Origin: Thainema sp.
GTDB lineage: Bacteria; Cyanobacteriota; Cyanobacteriia; Phormidesmidales; Phormidesmidaceae
Reading direction: 5' to 3'
NCBI GenBank assembly: GCA_052168235.1
Contig: JBQLZK010000027.1
Location: forward strand, 1 to 64,000
Length of the DNA: 64,000 nt
The first letter of the stretch is position 1. Each line of letters opens with the position of its first letter. The translations under genes were made by a program, and so were the position numbers. The notes under the pieces were generated by a model. That model was not told the DNA's origin, searched no databases, and worked only from the letters and a program-made list of their open reading frames with translations. Of this stretch, positions 53,066-62,615 are shown one piece after another.

Positions 53066-53911
53066 CTAAGAGCGGGATGGACGGTGAGTAACTGCGGTCT
53101 GCAAACTAGCAAGGGCATAGTCCAGAATCAGTCCAGTAATGCCAATGACAAAGACCGCTAAAAATACAGAACTCACGTTTAAACGGTTCCATTCGTCCCA
53201 GACGAAAAAGCCAATGCCAATGCCGCCTGTGAGCATTTCAACGGCCACAATGACGAGCCAAGCAATGCCCAAACTAATGCGTAATCCAGTAAAGATATAC
53301 GGCAAACTAGCAGGCAAGATCACCTTGACAAGCTGCTTCCAGCGCGGCATTTCTAGCACCTGGGCGACTTCTAGATAGTCTTTCGGCACATTGCTGACGC
53401 CTTCAGCGGTATTGATAATGGTTGACCAGAGGGAGGTGATAAAAATGACGAAAATAGCCGACGGTTCCGCTGAGTTGAAGATGGCCAGCGCAATGGGCAA
53501 CCAAACGAGCGGGGAAACGGGCTTGAATACTTGAATAATTGGGTTGAGAGCTAACCAAGCATTGTGAGATAAGCCAATCCAGACGCCGACGGGAATCGCG
53601 ACGACTGCGCCCAGCAAAAAGCCAATGCAGACGCGACGTAAACTGGCCAGTAGCAACCAGCCCAAGCCCAAGTCGCCAGGGCCGCGATGGTAGAACGGGT
53701 GCAGGATAAAGTCTAAGTTTTTCGCCAGTGCCTCGGGTGGGGTGGGCATCATTTCGTGCCGGAACAACGCAATAATCCACCAGACGACGATTACGCCGAC
53801 AAACCCGACGGTTGGTAGCAGAACTTCTGGCTTTAAGAAGCCACGAAACAGCCGCATGACAGAGCGGTTGGCGTTCATCGCCAAACTCATCAAAATCATG
53901 ATTGGTTGCAC
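53066..53911 (-). CDS. NrtB/CmpB-like ABC permease
   Basis: PFY..GPGDLGLGW, PVSPL.WLP, LPYIFTGLRISLGIAWLVIVA.EM. Confidence 0.9.
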   Translation of the reverse strand: MQPIMILMSLAMNANRSVMRLFRGFLKPEVLLPTVGFVGVIVVWWIIALFRHEMMPTPPEALAKNLDFILHPFYHRGPGDLGLGWLLLASLRRVCIGFLLGAVVAIPVGVWIGLSHNAWLALNPIIQVFKPVSPLVWLPIALAIFNSAEPSAIFVIFITSLWSTIINTAEGVSNVPKDYLEVAQVLEMPRWKQLVKVILPASLPYIFTGLRISLGIAWLVIVAVEMLTGGIGIGFFVWDEWNRLNVSSVFLAVFVIGITGLILDYALASLQTAVTHRPSRS

Positions 53912-54019
53912 CTTATTTTGAGTTGGACTTTATACCTGAGAGTCCAAATAAGAATCCTGCTTAATCGGCATAATCTGCCCAAATCGTTCGGCGATTTGCC
54001 CGACAGATTGCCGTATCAC

Positions 54020-54170
54020 AGTCTTCTCCCAATGCCGACGAGGTTAGCTGACGGGCTAGGGCTGAGAGATGCCCTTTTTCAGAATGTCACGCTGAAAATA
54101 CGCCCCGGTGCTCCTAAGAGCTTGGTTCCCCCGCTTTTCGCTGCTGCTGTATCCGATAGGATTAGACAAA
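54020..54170 (-). promoter_or_regulatory. c-di-AMP (ydaO/yuaA) riboswitch upstream of the Nrt-like ABC operon
   Basis: Minus strand: CTAATCC...CGGGGGAACC...GGGGCGTAT...AGGG..CTCTCAG.CCTAGCCCGTCAGCTAACCTCGTCGGC. Confidence 0.88.
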
Positions 54171-54451
54171 CACAGCGAAAACTAGGCTGACTTACTCGGT
54201 ATTCCAAAATTTGTAGCACTACTTTTCTAAAACTGTCAACAAAGATCCTGCCGTGTTGCTTGGGATGAGATTAGGTATGAGAACTAACGTTTAAACGTTC
54301 GAACGTTTTTAGCGTTTCTCAATGTCATAAAAAATTAAAACCGTTTACTTTTGGAATTTGCATCAATCAAACGGTAGATTTATGTAAGTATTTGCTGACT
54401 CAAAATAGGCCAAATTAATTATGCAAAACTACAGATTGAAATAGTAATTAA

Positions 54452-54467
54452 TGTAGCGTAAATTACA
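54452..54467. promoter_or_regulatory. Putative NtcA box
   Basis: TGTA-gcgtaaat-TACA, a perfect GTA-N8-TAC, in the divergent promoter region. Confidence 0.5.
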
Positions 54468-54516
54468 TATTGACACTTTTATTTATTTAAATCTAAGCTT
54501 TAGATATCGAACAAGT

Positions 54517-54678
54517 CAGCCTAATCTAACTGCACGGCCTTGTGCATTGCTGTTAGAACGGGGGAACCATTGAAGGGGCGTATTTCTGATTTCTTGATAC
54601 CCAAATGAGGGTAATCAGAAAGGGACATCTCTCAGTCCTAGCCCGTCAGCTAACCTCGTCGGCATTGGGAGGAGATTG
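54517..54678 (+). promoter_or_regulatory. c-di-AMP (ydaO/yuaA) riboswitch upstream of usp genes
   Basis: CTAATC...CGGGGGAACC...GGGGCGTAT...AGGGAC..CTCTCAGTCCTAGCCCGTCAGCTAACCTCGTCGGC; TTGACA-N18-TAAGCT promoter just upstream. Confidence 0.88.
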
Positions 54679-54770
54679 AATCGTCAGCATTTTTGCATGA
54701 CTGTTTCAGTGTCCTAAGTCGTGTCACCACGACTCGTTCGCTGTTCATGTCTGGGCTCTAGGAGGGTCTC

Positions 54771-55361
54771 ATGCAGCTTAAATCACATGCTCATATTCCT
54801 GCCCAAAAGGGGCAGGCTATTTCTGTAGCCAATATTCCGTCAACTGGCGACGGCCAATCTTCGCTAAAACCGATGATTATGCGGTTAGAAACGGCTTTAG
54901 GTCGTCGCAATTTGGATGAAAGTCTAATTTTATTGTCCGGGCCACCCAAAGCACCTGTTGAGCTTTTTTCAAAAACTAAAGTTACAAACTTGGTGGTGGG
55001 TTACAGCGGTTCCGCTCATAGCCAAGCAGCGCTTGATTTGGCGCTGTGCATCGCGCACCAGACTCGTCTGGTCAAGCCCGATCCAGTGGTGGTGCATGTG
55101 GTGTACGTGGTTGATCAAACGCGTCCGAAAACGATTGCGAATGCCGATCGCATTCTTTGGCAGGCTCGCTGTTTGGCTAGCGAATGGCGCGGTTCGTTAC
55201 ATGCCCATTTGCGGGTGGGGCATGTGGCAACGGAACTCAGCCTCGTTGCGGAGGAAATGGAGGCGGATGTGTTGCTATTGGGCTGTTACACCTCGAACCA
55301 TGCTTTGGTGAAGAAGTTGGCCGCTCAAACCCCCTGCTCTGTGCTGGGCTTGCCGCATTAG
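54771..55361 (+). CDS. Universal stress protein family
   Basis: LVVGYSGSAHSQAALDLA...VHVVYVVD...ADVLLLG...PCSVL. Confidence 0.8.
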   Translation: MQLKSHAHIPAQKGQAISVANIPSTGDGQSSLKPMIMRLETALGRRNLDESLILLSGPPKAPVELFSKTKVTNLVVGYSGSAHSQAALDLALCIAHQTRLVKPDPVVVHVVYVVDQTRPKTIANADRILWQARCLASEWRGSLHAHLRVGHVATELSLVAEEMEADVLLLGCYTSNHALVKKLAAQTPCSVLGLPH

Positions 55362-55367
55362 GAGGGG

Positions 55368-55889
55368 ATGATGAAATTCCAAAAAATTCTGGTTGCTCTC
55401 AATGATCCGGAGCAGGATCAGGTGGTATTTAACCATGCCCTGAGCTTAGTGCAACCCGGCGAAAGTCATCTGAAGCTGGTGCACTGCTTAAGCTTGGATA
55501 TTTACAAAAACCTGGGGTCGATGATGGATGCTGGAGCGGGATTGCGATCGCGCTCTGAGGTGCTGGAGGAAAATGAGGCAGATCAGCTAGAACAGGTTCA
55601 GGCGGCCCAGCCGTGGCTGGAAGACCTGCGCGATAGAGCTGTGAATCAGGATATTGCGGCAGATTTTGTCTGCGAAGTTGATGATCCAGGTCGATTGATT
55701 TGTCGCTTGGCACAAGACTGGAACGCTGATGTGATGGTCGTTGGCAATAGCGGCAAGAAAGGCTTAAAGCGGCTCATGCTGGGCAGCGTTAGCAACCACG
55801 TGGTCAAACATGCCCCCTGCTTGACTATCGTGGTGCCTTGGGATGGCAGTTCACCGATTGAGTATTCGCCTGGAGAGGCGACGGAGTAA
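55368..55889 (+). CDS. Universal stress protein (UspA)
   Basis: FQKILVAL, ADVMVVG..G..GLKRLMLGSVSNHVVKHAPC. Confidence 0.9.
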   Translation: MMKFQKILVALNDPEQDQVVFNHALSLVQPGESHLKLVHCLSLDIYKNLGSMMDAGAGLRSRSEVLEENEADQLEQVQAAQPWLEDLRDRAVNQDIAADFVCEVDDPGRLICRLAQDWNADVMVVGNSGKKGLKRLMLGSVSNHVVKHAPCLTIVVPWDGSSPIEYSPGEATE

Positions 55890-55942
55890 TTTGGCGTTAG
55901 ACCCGGAGTAGTGAGTTGTTCGTTGTGTAGCAGCGGATGTGT

Positions 55943-56047
55943 TTAGGATCGTGAATTAAATAGCCTGTCAATCATTCCATCTGTAGGGACACGGCATTGC
56001 CGTGTCCCTACCCCAAAGATTTCACCTTATTAAATTCATGTTCCTTA
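55943..56047. repeat. GTAG-type REP palindrome within inverted-repeat flanks
   Basis: gtagggacacggc-att-gccgtgtccctac (55983-56011) inside aggatcgtgaatt...aattcatgttcct. Confidence 0.7.
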
Positions 56048-56063
56048 GCGTTAGGCGTATGAT

Positions 56064-56152
56064 GCCCTCATCCCCCAACCCCTTCTCCCACAGGAGAAGA
56101 GGAGCCGGATCGGTAATCCTTCTCCTGCGGGAGAGGGATTTAGGGTGAGGGC
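56064..56152. repeat. CCCTCATCCCC...GGGTGAGGG inverted dispersed repeat
   Basis: gccctcatcccccaaccccttctccc ... gggagagggatttagggtgagggc. Confidence 0.7.
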
Positions 56153-56161
56153 AAGACACAC

Positions 56162-56875
56162 TTACGGATTGGCTAGTTGCGTGAGTCCTTTGCGATCGCA
56201 CACTTTAACTGTTGTTCCTTCAACTTCAATCAGGCCCGCCTGACTGAGTTTGTAAAACGTGCGGGACAGGGTTTCGGGAATGGTGCCCAGAAGGGCGGCC
56301 AGTTGGCCTTTGGGTAAATCAAGCTGAATGGTGTCTACCGGAGTTGAAAATCCGTTGGCGTCATCTGTGTGATCGCATAAATCAAGCAGATACTGCGCTA
56401 AGCGCTGGGGCACTTCGGTAAACGAAAGGGTATCGACTAAACTCGCCAGTCGTCGCAGGTGACGGGCGAAGTTGCTTAACAGTGAGATCGCAAGTTTAGG
56501 CTGCTGTTCTAAGACCATCAAAAATGCGGCGCGGGGTAGAAATAGCACCTGTGTCGGTTCCAGTGCCGCAGCCGAAGCAGGAAAGCAGCCGCCATCAAGG
56601 GCGGGCACCTCGGCAAAATATTCGTTTTCGCTAAAGATATGCAGAATTTGCTCTTTGCCGTTGGGCGCGAGTTTAAAGACTTTTACCCGTCCCGATTGGA
56701 TGACAAATAGACCCGTTCCTTCATCTCCTTGCCAAAACAGCGTGTCGCCTTTGCCGTAGGTTTGGGGAATGATGATATTGGCTAAAGAGAGCAACTGTTC
56801 AGGCTCAATTCCTTGAAACAGCGGCGTTTGCTGGAGGAATGCTTGGACGGCTTGAATGCGATCGCTGACGCTCAT
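56162..56875 (-). CDS. Crp/Fnr family transcriptional regulator
   Basis: cNMP-binding fold and HTH LAALLGTIPETLSR. Confidence 0.92.
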   Translation of the reverse strand: MSVSDRIQAVQAFLQQTPLFQGIEPEQLLSLANIIIPQTYGKGDTLFWQGDEGTGLFVIQSGRVKVFKLAPNGKEQILHIFSENEYFAEVPALDGGCFPASAAALEPTQVLFLPRAAFLMVLEQQPKLAISLLSNFARHLRRLASLVDTLSFTEVPQRLAQYLLDLCDHTDDANGFSTPVDTIQLDLPKGQLAALLGTIPETLSRTFYKLSQAGLIEVEGTTVKVCDRKGLTQLANP

Positions 56876-56888
56876 GAAAATCTGTACT

Positions 56889-57470
56889 CTAACCTGCACC
56901 CGCTTCTTTTAACATATCTACCACCGCATCGTGATTCACCTCTGGATCAGATGCTGCGTTTAAGCTGCGGCATTCTTCGTCCTGCGCCTCGCTCAAGGCC
57001 GTGGCTCCATCTTGCGTCGTTGAGTTCACATCTGCCCCAGCCGTGATCAGGAGTTGAGTATAGTCGGGTAGCCCATAGCAGGCTGTAACCACCAGCGCCT
57101 CATTGAGCGTCGCAACGTCCGCCTTGCCCATTAGATATGTCGCTATTTCTTGATGCCCCAGCGTAATGGCAGTGACGAGCATACTGTCATTAAAAACCGG
57201 ATCAAAGACCTGATTGGGATTAACCCCTTTCTGCTCAACTAAATTCTGTACCTGCTTCAGTTCATTATCAATCACCGCATCATGCAGCATTTGATCCGGA
57301 CTCGCAGCTCGGGAACCACTATCCGACTCCGGCAATGATTTATTGGCCGCTGATACAGGTATCTCATCAGCGCTTTCGGTTGTGGGCTGGGATGCGCGAT
57401 CGCAACCGGACAGGAATGTGACGGAGCTAATAAGTGCGATCGCAATCAACAGGGATTTTTTGACAGTCAT
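56889..57470 (-). CDS. Ankyrin-repeat lipoprotein
   Basis: Lipobox LSGC; LLITAGADVN...GATAL. Confidence 0.8.
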   Translation of the reverse strand: MTVKKSLLIAIALISSVTFLSGCDRASQPTTESADEIPVSAANKSLPESDSGSRAASPDQMLHDAVIDNELKQVQNLVEQKGVNPNQVFDPVFNDSMLVTAITLGHQEIATYLMGKADVATLNEALVVTACYGLPDYTQLLITAGADVNSTTQDGATALSEAQDEECRSLNAASDPEVNHDAVVDMLKEAGAG

Positions 57471-57529
57471 AGGATTTTGGTCAGGTGAGGGTAGGGAACG
57501 GGTACTGTTTGTTGTTAATGTACCGATCT

Positions 57530-57808
57530 GAGGGGGAGGGGAGTAGGGACTAGGGATCTTTACCTGTAGCCACGATTAGAGGTTGGGTATCAGGAGCAGG
57601 GGGGCAAGGGGGGCAGGGGAGCTTTTTTACTCATAGTCTCGACCGAGAGATCAGTGTTACCCCAGTTGACGCAGCAACCCTCTTCCATGTTTCAACAACA
57701 CTGATTCAATTTCCCCTTTCTCCCCTGCTCCCCTTACTCCCTCTACAGCCCTTTACAGCCTCAAAACCCTTTACATCCCTTCACTCCTCACTCCTCTCGC
57801 CTCACTCT
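57530..57808. repeat. Purine-rich/pyrimidine-rich short tandem repeats in inverted arrangement
   Basis: gagcagggg units opposed by cccctgctcccc units, plus ctcactc heptamers. Confidence 0.6.
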
Positions 57809-59296
57809 CTACCGATGCCACTCCGTCACTCCACCAGGTTTATCAATCAGCGTAATTCCCTGAGCTTGTAGTTCGTCTCGAATGCGATCGCTTTCGGCAA
57901 AGTTCTTCGCCTTGCGTGCTTCCGTGCGCTGTTGAATGAGCGAGTCAATATCGGCATCACTGAGATCGGAGGTGGATGTAGATTGCGATCGCGTATTGGG
58001 GTCAGCCTTTAATCCAAGTACCTCTGCTAAACAAACTAACGTTTGCCAGTGTTGCCGCAGGGTATCCGGATCACCATCGGTTTGGCCTTGGTGGGTAATC
58101 ACGTTGCCTTGACGACGCAGTTCTTTAGCCAGTTCAAACAGAACGGCTAAGCCTCCCGGCGTGTTGAAGTCGCTGTCCATTGCAGATTGGAACCGCTGTA
58201 CATAGTCGCTGTCGCGGTCAATCCGCATCGCTGCCGGATCACCAAAGGCGGTATCCTGCACGTCCGGCCAGCCCAGCTTCTCGCCGAACTCGTAGCCAAA
58301 CAGCAGTCCGTCTTGCAGGGTTTCCCAACTATTGTGGGCAGAGGTCATTGACTCTTCGGTAAAGTCAATTGGCTTGCGGTAGTTGCCTTGCAAGACAAAT
58401 AGGCGCACGGCCATTGGATCAGGGCCGTTGGGCGCATCCAGTAAATCCCGGATCGTGGTGAAATTGCCCAAAGATTTGGACATCTTTTCGCCGCCGACGT
58501 TGACCATGCCGTTGTGCATCCAGTAGGTCGCGAGGGAATGCCCGGTTGCCGCCTCTGACTGAGCGATTTCGTTTTCGTGGTGAGGAAAGACTAAATCGCC
58601 GCCGCCCATGTGAATGTCTACGGTGTCGCCAATGCGATCGCGGATCATGGCGGAGCATTCAATGTGCCAACCAGGACGACCCGCACCCCAAGGCGATTCC
58701 CAGGAAGGCTCGCCGGGTTTTGCGCCTTTCCAGAGGGCAAAGTCAAACGGGTCTTGTTTTTTGGGCGCATCTGGATCATCTGACACCCGACCACTGGCTC
58801 CGGCCTGCATGTCATCCAGCTTGCGACCTGAAAGCTTCCCGTAAGGGTCAAACTTACGCACGGAATAGTAAACATCTCCGGCTGAAGCGTAGGCATAGCC
58901 TTTTTGCTCTAGCTCGTGAATGAGCCGCTGAATGCCATTGAGCGTATGAGTGGCGCGGGGATATTCGTCCGCTTCGAGGACGTTGAGTCGCGCCATATCT
59001 TCTAGATAGGCTGCGGTGTAGCGCTCCGCCACCTCTTGCATAGTGGAGCCTTCCTGCTGTGCCCGATTGAGAATTTTGTCGTCGATATCGGTGAAGTTCT
59101 GCACATAATGCACATCGTAGCCGCGCCACATCAGATAGCGCCGCACGGTGTCCCACACGATGTAGCAACGGGCATGACCCAAGTGTGAATAGTCATACAC
59201 GGTGACGCCGCAGCAGTAGATCTGCACTTTGCCCGGTTCCAGGGTTTCAAAGGGTTCTTCGCGACGGGTAAGCGTGTTGTATATCGTCAGAGCCAT
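57809..59296 (-). CDS. cysS: Cysteine--tRNA ligase
   Basis: CGVTVYD..HLGH, GRPGWHIECSAM, FPHHENE, KMSKS. Confidence 0.97.
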   Translation of the reverse strand: MALTIYNTLTRREEPFETLEPGKVQIYCCGVTVYDYSHLGHARCYIVWDTVRRYLMWRGYDVHYVQNFTDIDDKILNRAQQEGSTMQEVAERYTAAYLEDMARLNVLEADEYPRATHTLNGIQRLIHELEQKGYAYASAGDVYYSVRKFDPYGKLSGRKLDDMQAGASGRVSDDPDAPKKQDPFDFALWKGAKPGEPSWESPWGAGRPGWHIECSAMIRDRIGDTVDIHMGGGDLVFPHHENEIAQSEAATGHSLATYWMHNGMVNVGGEKMSKSLGNFTTIRDLLDAPNGPDPMAVRLFVLQGNYRKPIDFTEESMTSAHNSWETLQDGLLFGYEFGEKLGWPDVQDTAFGDPAAMRIDRDSDYVQRFQSAMDSDFNTPGGLAVLFELAKELRRQGNVITHQGQTDGDPDTLRQHWQTLVCLAEVLGLKADPNTRSQSTSTSDLSDADIDSLIQQRTEARKAKNFAESDRIRDELQAQGITLIDKPGGVTEWHR

Positions 59297-59463
59297 GATG
59301 CACAGTCAGGGAGAACGTGTTCTATTTTTACTCATATCTGGCGCGAATACCTAATCGTGGCGTCAAGTCTAATGGCAAGCGCTATTCTGATGATAGTGAC
59401 TGTTGCGGGCTTAGAGATACTAGACATCGACGGGATATCGGCGGCTTTTGAAGGAGGAGGGAC

Positions 59464-60048
59464 ATGCCAGTAAAGGGGGATCTGCAAACGATTCTGAAAG
59501 AGAAATATGGCATTAACAAGAACATCAGCCAATCCTTGTCTACAGAGGATTGCGAAGCCATGCTGCTGCTATTGCAGAATCAGCCGAGCGCCCAAAAGCT
59601 AGTTGAATCCTTCATTGCCAAGAATGAAGAACTGAGCCGCAATAACCGTAACTTTGGTCAACAGCGCAGTCGAGCCGAGCAAAAGCTGAAAGATCTACAG
59701 GTTGAACATGAGAAATTGGAAAGTGCGATCGCAGCTTTAGAAAAGACCAATGCGTCACTGGGCAACCGTCGCGGTGAGTTATCGCAAGAGCAGCAACAAC
59801 TAGAAGCCCAAATTCAGCAGTTAACCTCGCAAAATCGAGCATTGTCGGGCAGGGTACAAAATCTTACGACGCAAAATGATGAGCTGATTGATGCCAACGA
59901 AAAGCTGAAGAAAGATAATAAAGACTTGAAAAATATTGTTGACCAAATTCGCTTGCGGTTGGCGAGAGACACCAAAATGCTGCTGGAATATGAAGACAGC
60001 GAAATTCGCAAAGCGTTGATTCGGCTCTTCCGCTGGACTCTAGGATAG
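59464..60048 (+). CDS. Coiled-coil hypothetical protein (gene 1 of HNH operon)
   Basis: GGAGGAGG SD; long heptad-repeat region. Confidence 0.85.
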   Translation: MPVKGDLQTILKEKYGINKNISQSLSTEDCEAMLLLLQNQPSAQKLVESFIAKNEELSRNNRNFGQQRSRAEQKLKDLQVEHEKLESAIAALEKTNASLGNRRGELSQEQQQLEAQIQQLTSQNRALSGRVQNLTTQNDELIDANEKLKKDNKDLKNIVDQIRLRLARDTKMLLEYEDSEIRKALIRLFRWTLG

Positions 60049-60060
60049 AGAGCAACTGCT

Positions 60061-60486
60061 ATGGCTAGTCAAAAACGCCAACGCCGCACATTCAGCGGCA
60101 TGAGCTATCGCGAAGTGCAGCGTTCCAATTCAGTCCGTCGCGATCAGCTGCCCAAGGCTGATCAGGCTTGGCTCAAAGCGCATGATTTTAAGAATGTCGG
60201 CTGGGATAATGTTATTCGGCTCTACCAAAAAATCAATGAGCTATTTGCTCAATCGAACGACGACGATTTGAGTTTAGAAGAACTATTTCTGAAAGCCGAT
60301 CAGATTGGTCAAACGTATCAAACATCTGCAGAAATTGCCGCCTTTAATCAGCAAATGCAAACTGAGGTCAGCGCCATATCGGATTTAATCGATCAACAGT
60401 TTCCGGAAACAGAAATTGAGATAGTAGATTACAGTAAATCTGCCCGTTCTCCCATCAAGAATCAGCGGAAGAAGAACCGCCGGTAA
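60061..60486 (+). CDS. Hypothetical protein (gene 2 of HNH operon)
   Basis: 141-aa ATG ORF 12 nt after gene 1; basic termini and acidic core. Confidence 0.8.
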   Translation: MASQKRQRRTFSGMSYREVQRSNSVRRDQLPKADQAWLKAHDFKNVGWDNVIRLYQKINELFAQSNDDDLSLEELFLKADQIGQTYQTSAEIAAFNQQMQTEVSAISDLIDQQFPETEIEIVDYSKSARSPIKNQRKKNRR

Positions 60487-60490
60487 GCTT

Positions 60491-60946
60491 ATGACGCGAC
60501 CCGACAAAGATCTAGAAGACCTATTTAAGCTAGCGGACAAGATCGGCAACAAGCGATATAACCGACTCACTCGCCAGGACTTGGCGGACTATCGCAAGTT
60601 TGACCATTGGCGCTACGTCAATGGCGATATGGAGTGTGGCACGACGCAGGAAAGCAAAGATTGGGCCAGAGATAATTCAGACTGGCACTGTCCAATTTGC
60701 GCTGCACGATTTAGCGATGTGGGTGGTCGAACAATTGATCATAAGCTGTCGCGTTCCCAATACCCGTGGCTTTCGCTAGACTTCAGAAATTTGTGGGTGA
60801 TTTGTCGGGCCTGCAATCGAGAAAAGGGCGAGATGCACTGGTACGAGTATGAGCATTATGTTTTTGTTAACTACCCTGAGCGCTATCGAGATATTTGCCT
60901 TTATCGGCCAACTCACTTAATTAAAGAACTGAGATCTAAGAAATAG
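60491..60946 (+). CDS. HNH endonuclease
   Basis: CPIC...TIDH...SQYPWL...NLWVICRACNREKG (Zn-binding HNH). Confidence 0.9.
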   Translation: MTRPDKDLEDLFKLADKIGNKRYNRLTRQDLADYRKFDHWRYVNGDMECGTTQESKDWARDNSDWHCPICAARFSDVGGRTIDHKLSRSQYPWLSLDFRNLWVICRACNREKGEMHWYEYEHYVFVNYPERYRDICLYRPTHLIKELRSKK

Positions 60947-61028
60947 AAAGCGCGATCGCACCACCTGCATCGTAAATAAAATGGCACAATAAAGGACTGC
61001 GGTTTATTGAGAAGAGGCAGATTTCCCC

Positions 61029-61664
61029 TTGGCACCTGTTCGAGTTCGTCAGCATGTTAATCCCCTGAGCGCCGCCTATCAGCGACCGATTGAGTTGCCG
61101 GATTGGTCAGTTTTGTATGAGAAACCGGATCGTCCGCTGCACGTCGATATTGGCTGTGCGCGGGGCCAGTTTTTGCTGGACATCGCTCAGCAGCAGCCGG
61201 ACTGGAACTTTTTGGGGCTGGAAATTCGGGAGCCGCTGGTGCATCAGGCCAATGAGTTTCGGCAGTCGCTGGGGCTGACAAATCTGTATTTTCTGTTTTG
61301 CAATGCCAATGTGTCGCTGGGGCAGATTGCTCAAACTTGGCCGACGCAGCGGGTGGATCGGGTGTCGATTCAGTTTCCCGATCCGTGGTTTAAGAAACGC
61401 CACCAGAAGCGGCGAGTGGTGCAGCCGGAACTGGTGGCGGATTTAGCGGAGTATTTGGTGCCTGACGGCATTGTGTTCTTACAGTCCGACGTTGAGGAAG
61501 TGGCGCAAGAAATGTGCGATCGCTTTTCGGAGCATCCGGCATTTCAGCGCTCATCTGAGGACTGGTTGCCGGACAATCCCCTGGGTGTTTCAACGGAGCG
61601 GGAAGATTTGACCCTGTCGCGGGGAGATGCGGTGTATCGGGCCATTTTTACAAAGGTTGCCTAG
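61029..61664 (+). CDS. trmB: tRNA (guanine-N7)-methyltransferase
   Basis: RVRQHVNP, DIGCARG, GLEIR, FPDPWFKKRH.KRR. Confidence 0.95.
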   Translation: MAPVRVRQHVNPLSAAYQRPIELPDWSVLYEKPDRPLHVDIGCARGQFLLDIAQQQPDWNFLGLEIREPLVHQANEFRQSLGLTNLYFLFCNANVSLGQIAQTWPTQRVDRVSIQFPDPWFKKRHQKRRVVQPELVADLAEYLVPDGIVFLQSDVEEVAQEMCDRFSEHPAFQRSSEDWLPDNPLGVSTEREDLTLSRGDAVYRAIFTKVA

Positions 61665-62467
61665 TGAGACGGTCGCTTACTGCGATCGCGGAATAGAGCC
61701 ACAGCCCAGATGATTAATAATATGGCGGCCAGCACATAGGCAGTAATGCTGACGCTTGCGGTCGCTGCACTTTGGGCAACGGCGATGGCAATTAGTGCCC
61801 AGATGATGACGCCTGTAAATACGGTGTCGAGATATTGAACGGCCAGGATCGCACCAATAACTGTGGCAATTGCCATCATGATAATCGTCCAGGTTTCCGG
61901 TGCGAGTCCCCAGCCGTTCCAGTTGATGGTAAAAAGTGCGATCGCAACATTGACGATGGTGGCGACGGAAATCCAGCCCAGGTAGAGGCTGAAGGGTCGC
62001 TGGACGCACCATTTCTCGGTGCGGGTGAAGCGCCGCTGATTAGGTCGAATTTGCAGGTAAGCCACAATCAGCGGCACTAGGATTGCCAGCATGGCGATCA
62101 CCGACAGCCAAAACTGCTCGTAAAGGAAGAGGAAAATCCAGGCAATTTGAGCAATGCAGGCCACAATTAAGCTGTAGTCAACCGTTCGAAGAATCGGTCG
62201 ATCTCGCTGCGTGACGCGGAGCTGGTAGATGCCGTAGGCGACTAGTCCGAGGTAGATGAGTCCCCAAATGGCAAAGGCGTAGTTGGCGGGAATAATCAGC
62301 ACATCGCGAAAAACGGTGTTAGCTAGGTCTCCTACCGTTCGGCCTTGGGGTGGGGCGAGGTTCGACCAGGTATTGACGATGAGGGTGCCGACAATGGCTG
62401 CTAGGGTACCCCATTGCAGAGCTGGGGATAGATCAGAAGTCGAAGAATGAGAAGAATCAGAGGTCAT
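61661..62467 (-). CDS. TspO/tryptophan-rich sensory-like membrane protein
   Basis: PANYAFAIWGLIY, PFSLYLGWISVATIVN. Confidence 0.8.
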   Translation of the reverse strand: MTSDSSHSSTSDLSPALQWGTLAAIVGTLIVNTWSNLAPPQGRTVGDLANTVFRDVLIIPANYAFAIWGLIYLGLVAYGIYQLRVTQRDRPILRTVDYSLIVACIAQIAWIFLFLYEQFWLSVIAMLAILVPLIVAYLQIRPNQRRFTRTEKWCVQRPFSLYLGWISVATIVNVAIALFTINWNGWGLAPETWTIIMMAIATVIGAILAVQYLDTVFTGVIIWALIAIAVAQSAATASVSITAYVLAAILLIIWAVALFRDRSKRPSH

Positions 62468-62615
62468 CGTTTGAATAGGAATGAGTATAGAGAGTGGGCT
62501 TTATGTTCAGAGCTTTTTGAAGAGATGAGTGAGGGGGAAAAGAGTGGGAGGGTGGGAGAAAGGGAGCCTTTTCATTTTGAGGTTTAGTTTTGAGTGTTTA
62601 GTTTTGAATTCACTC

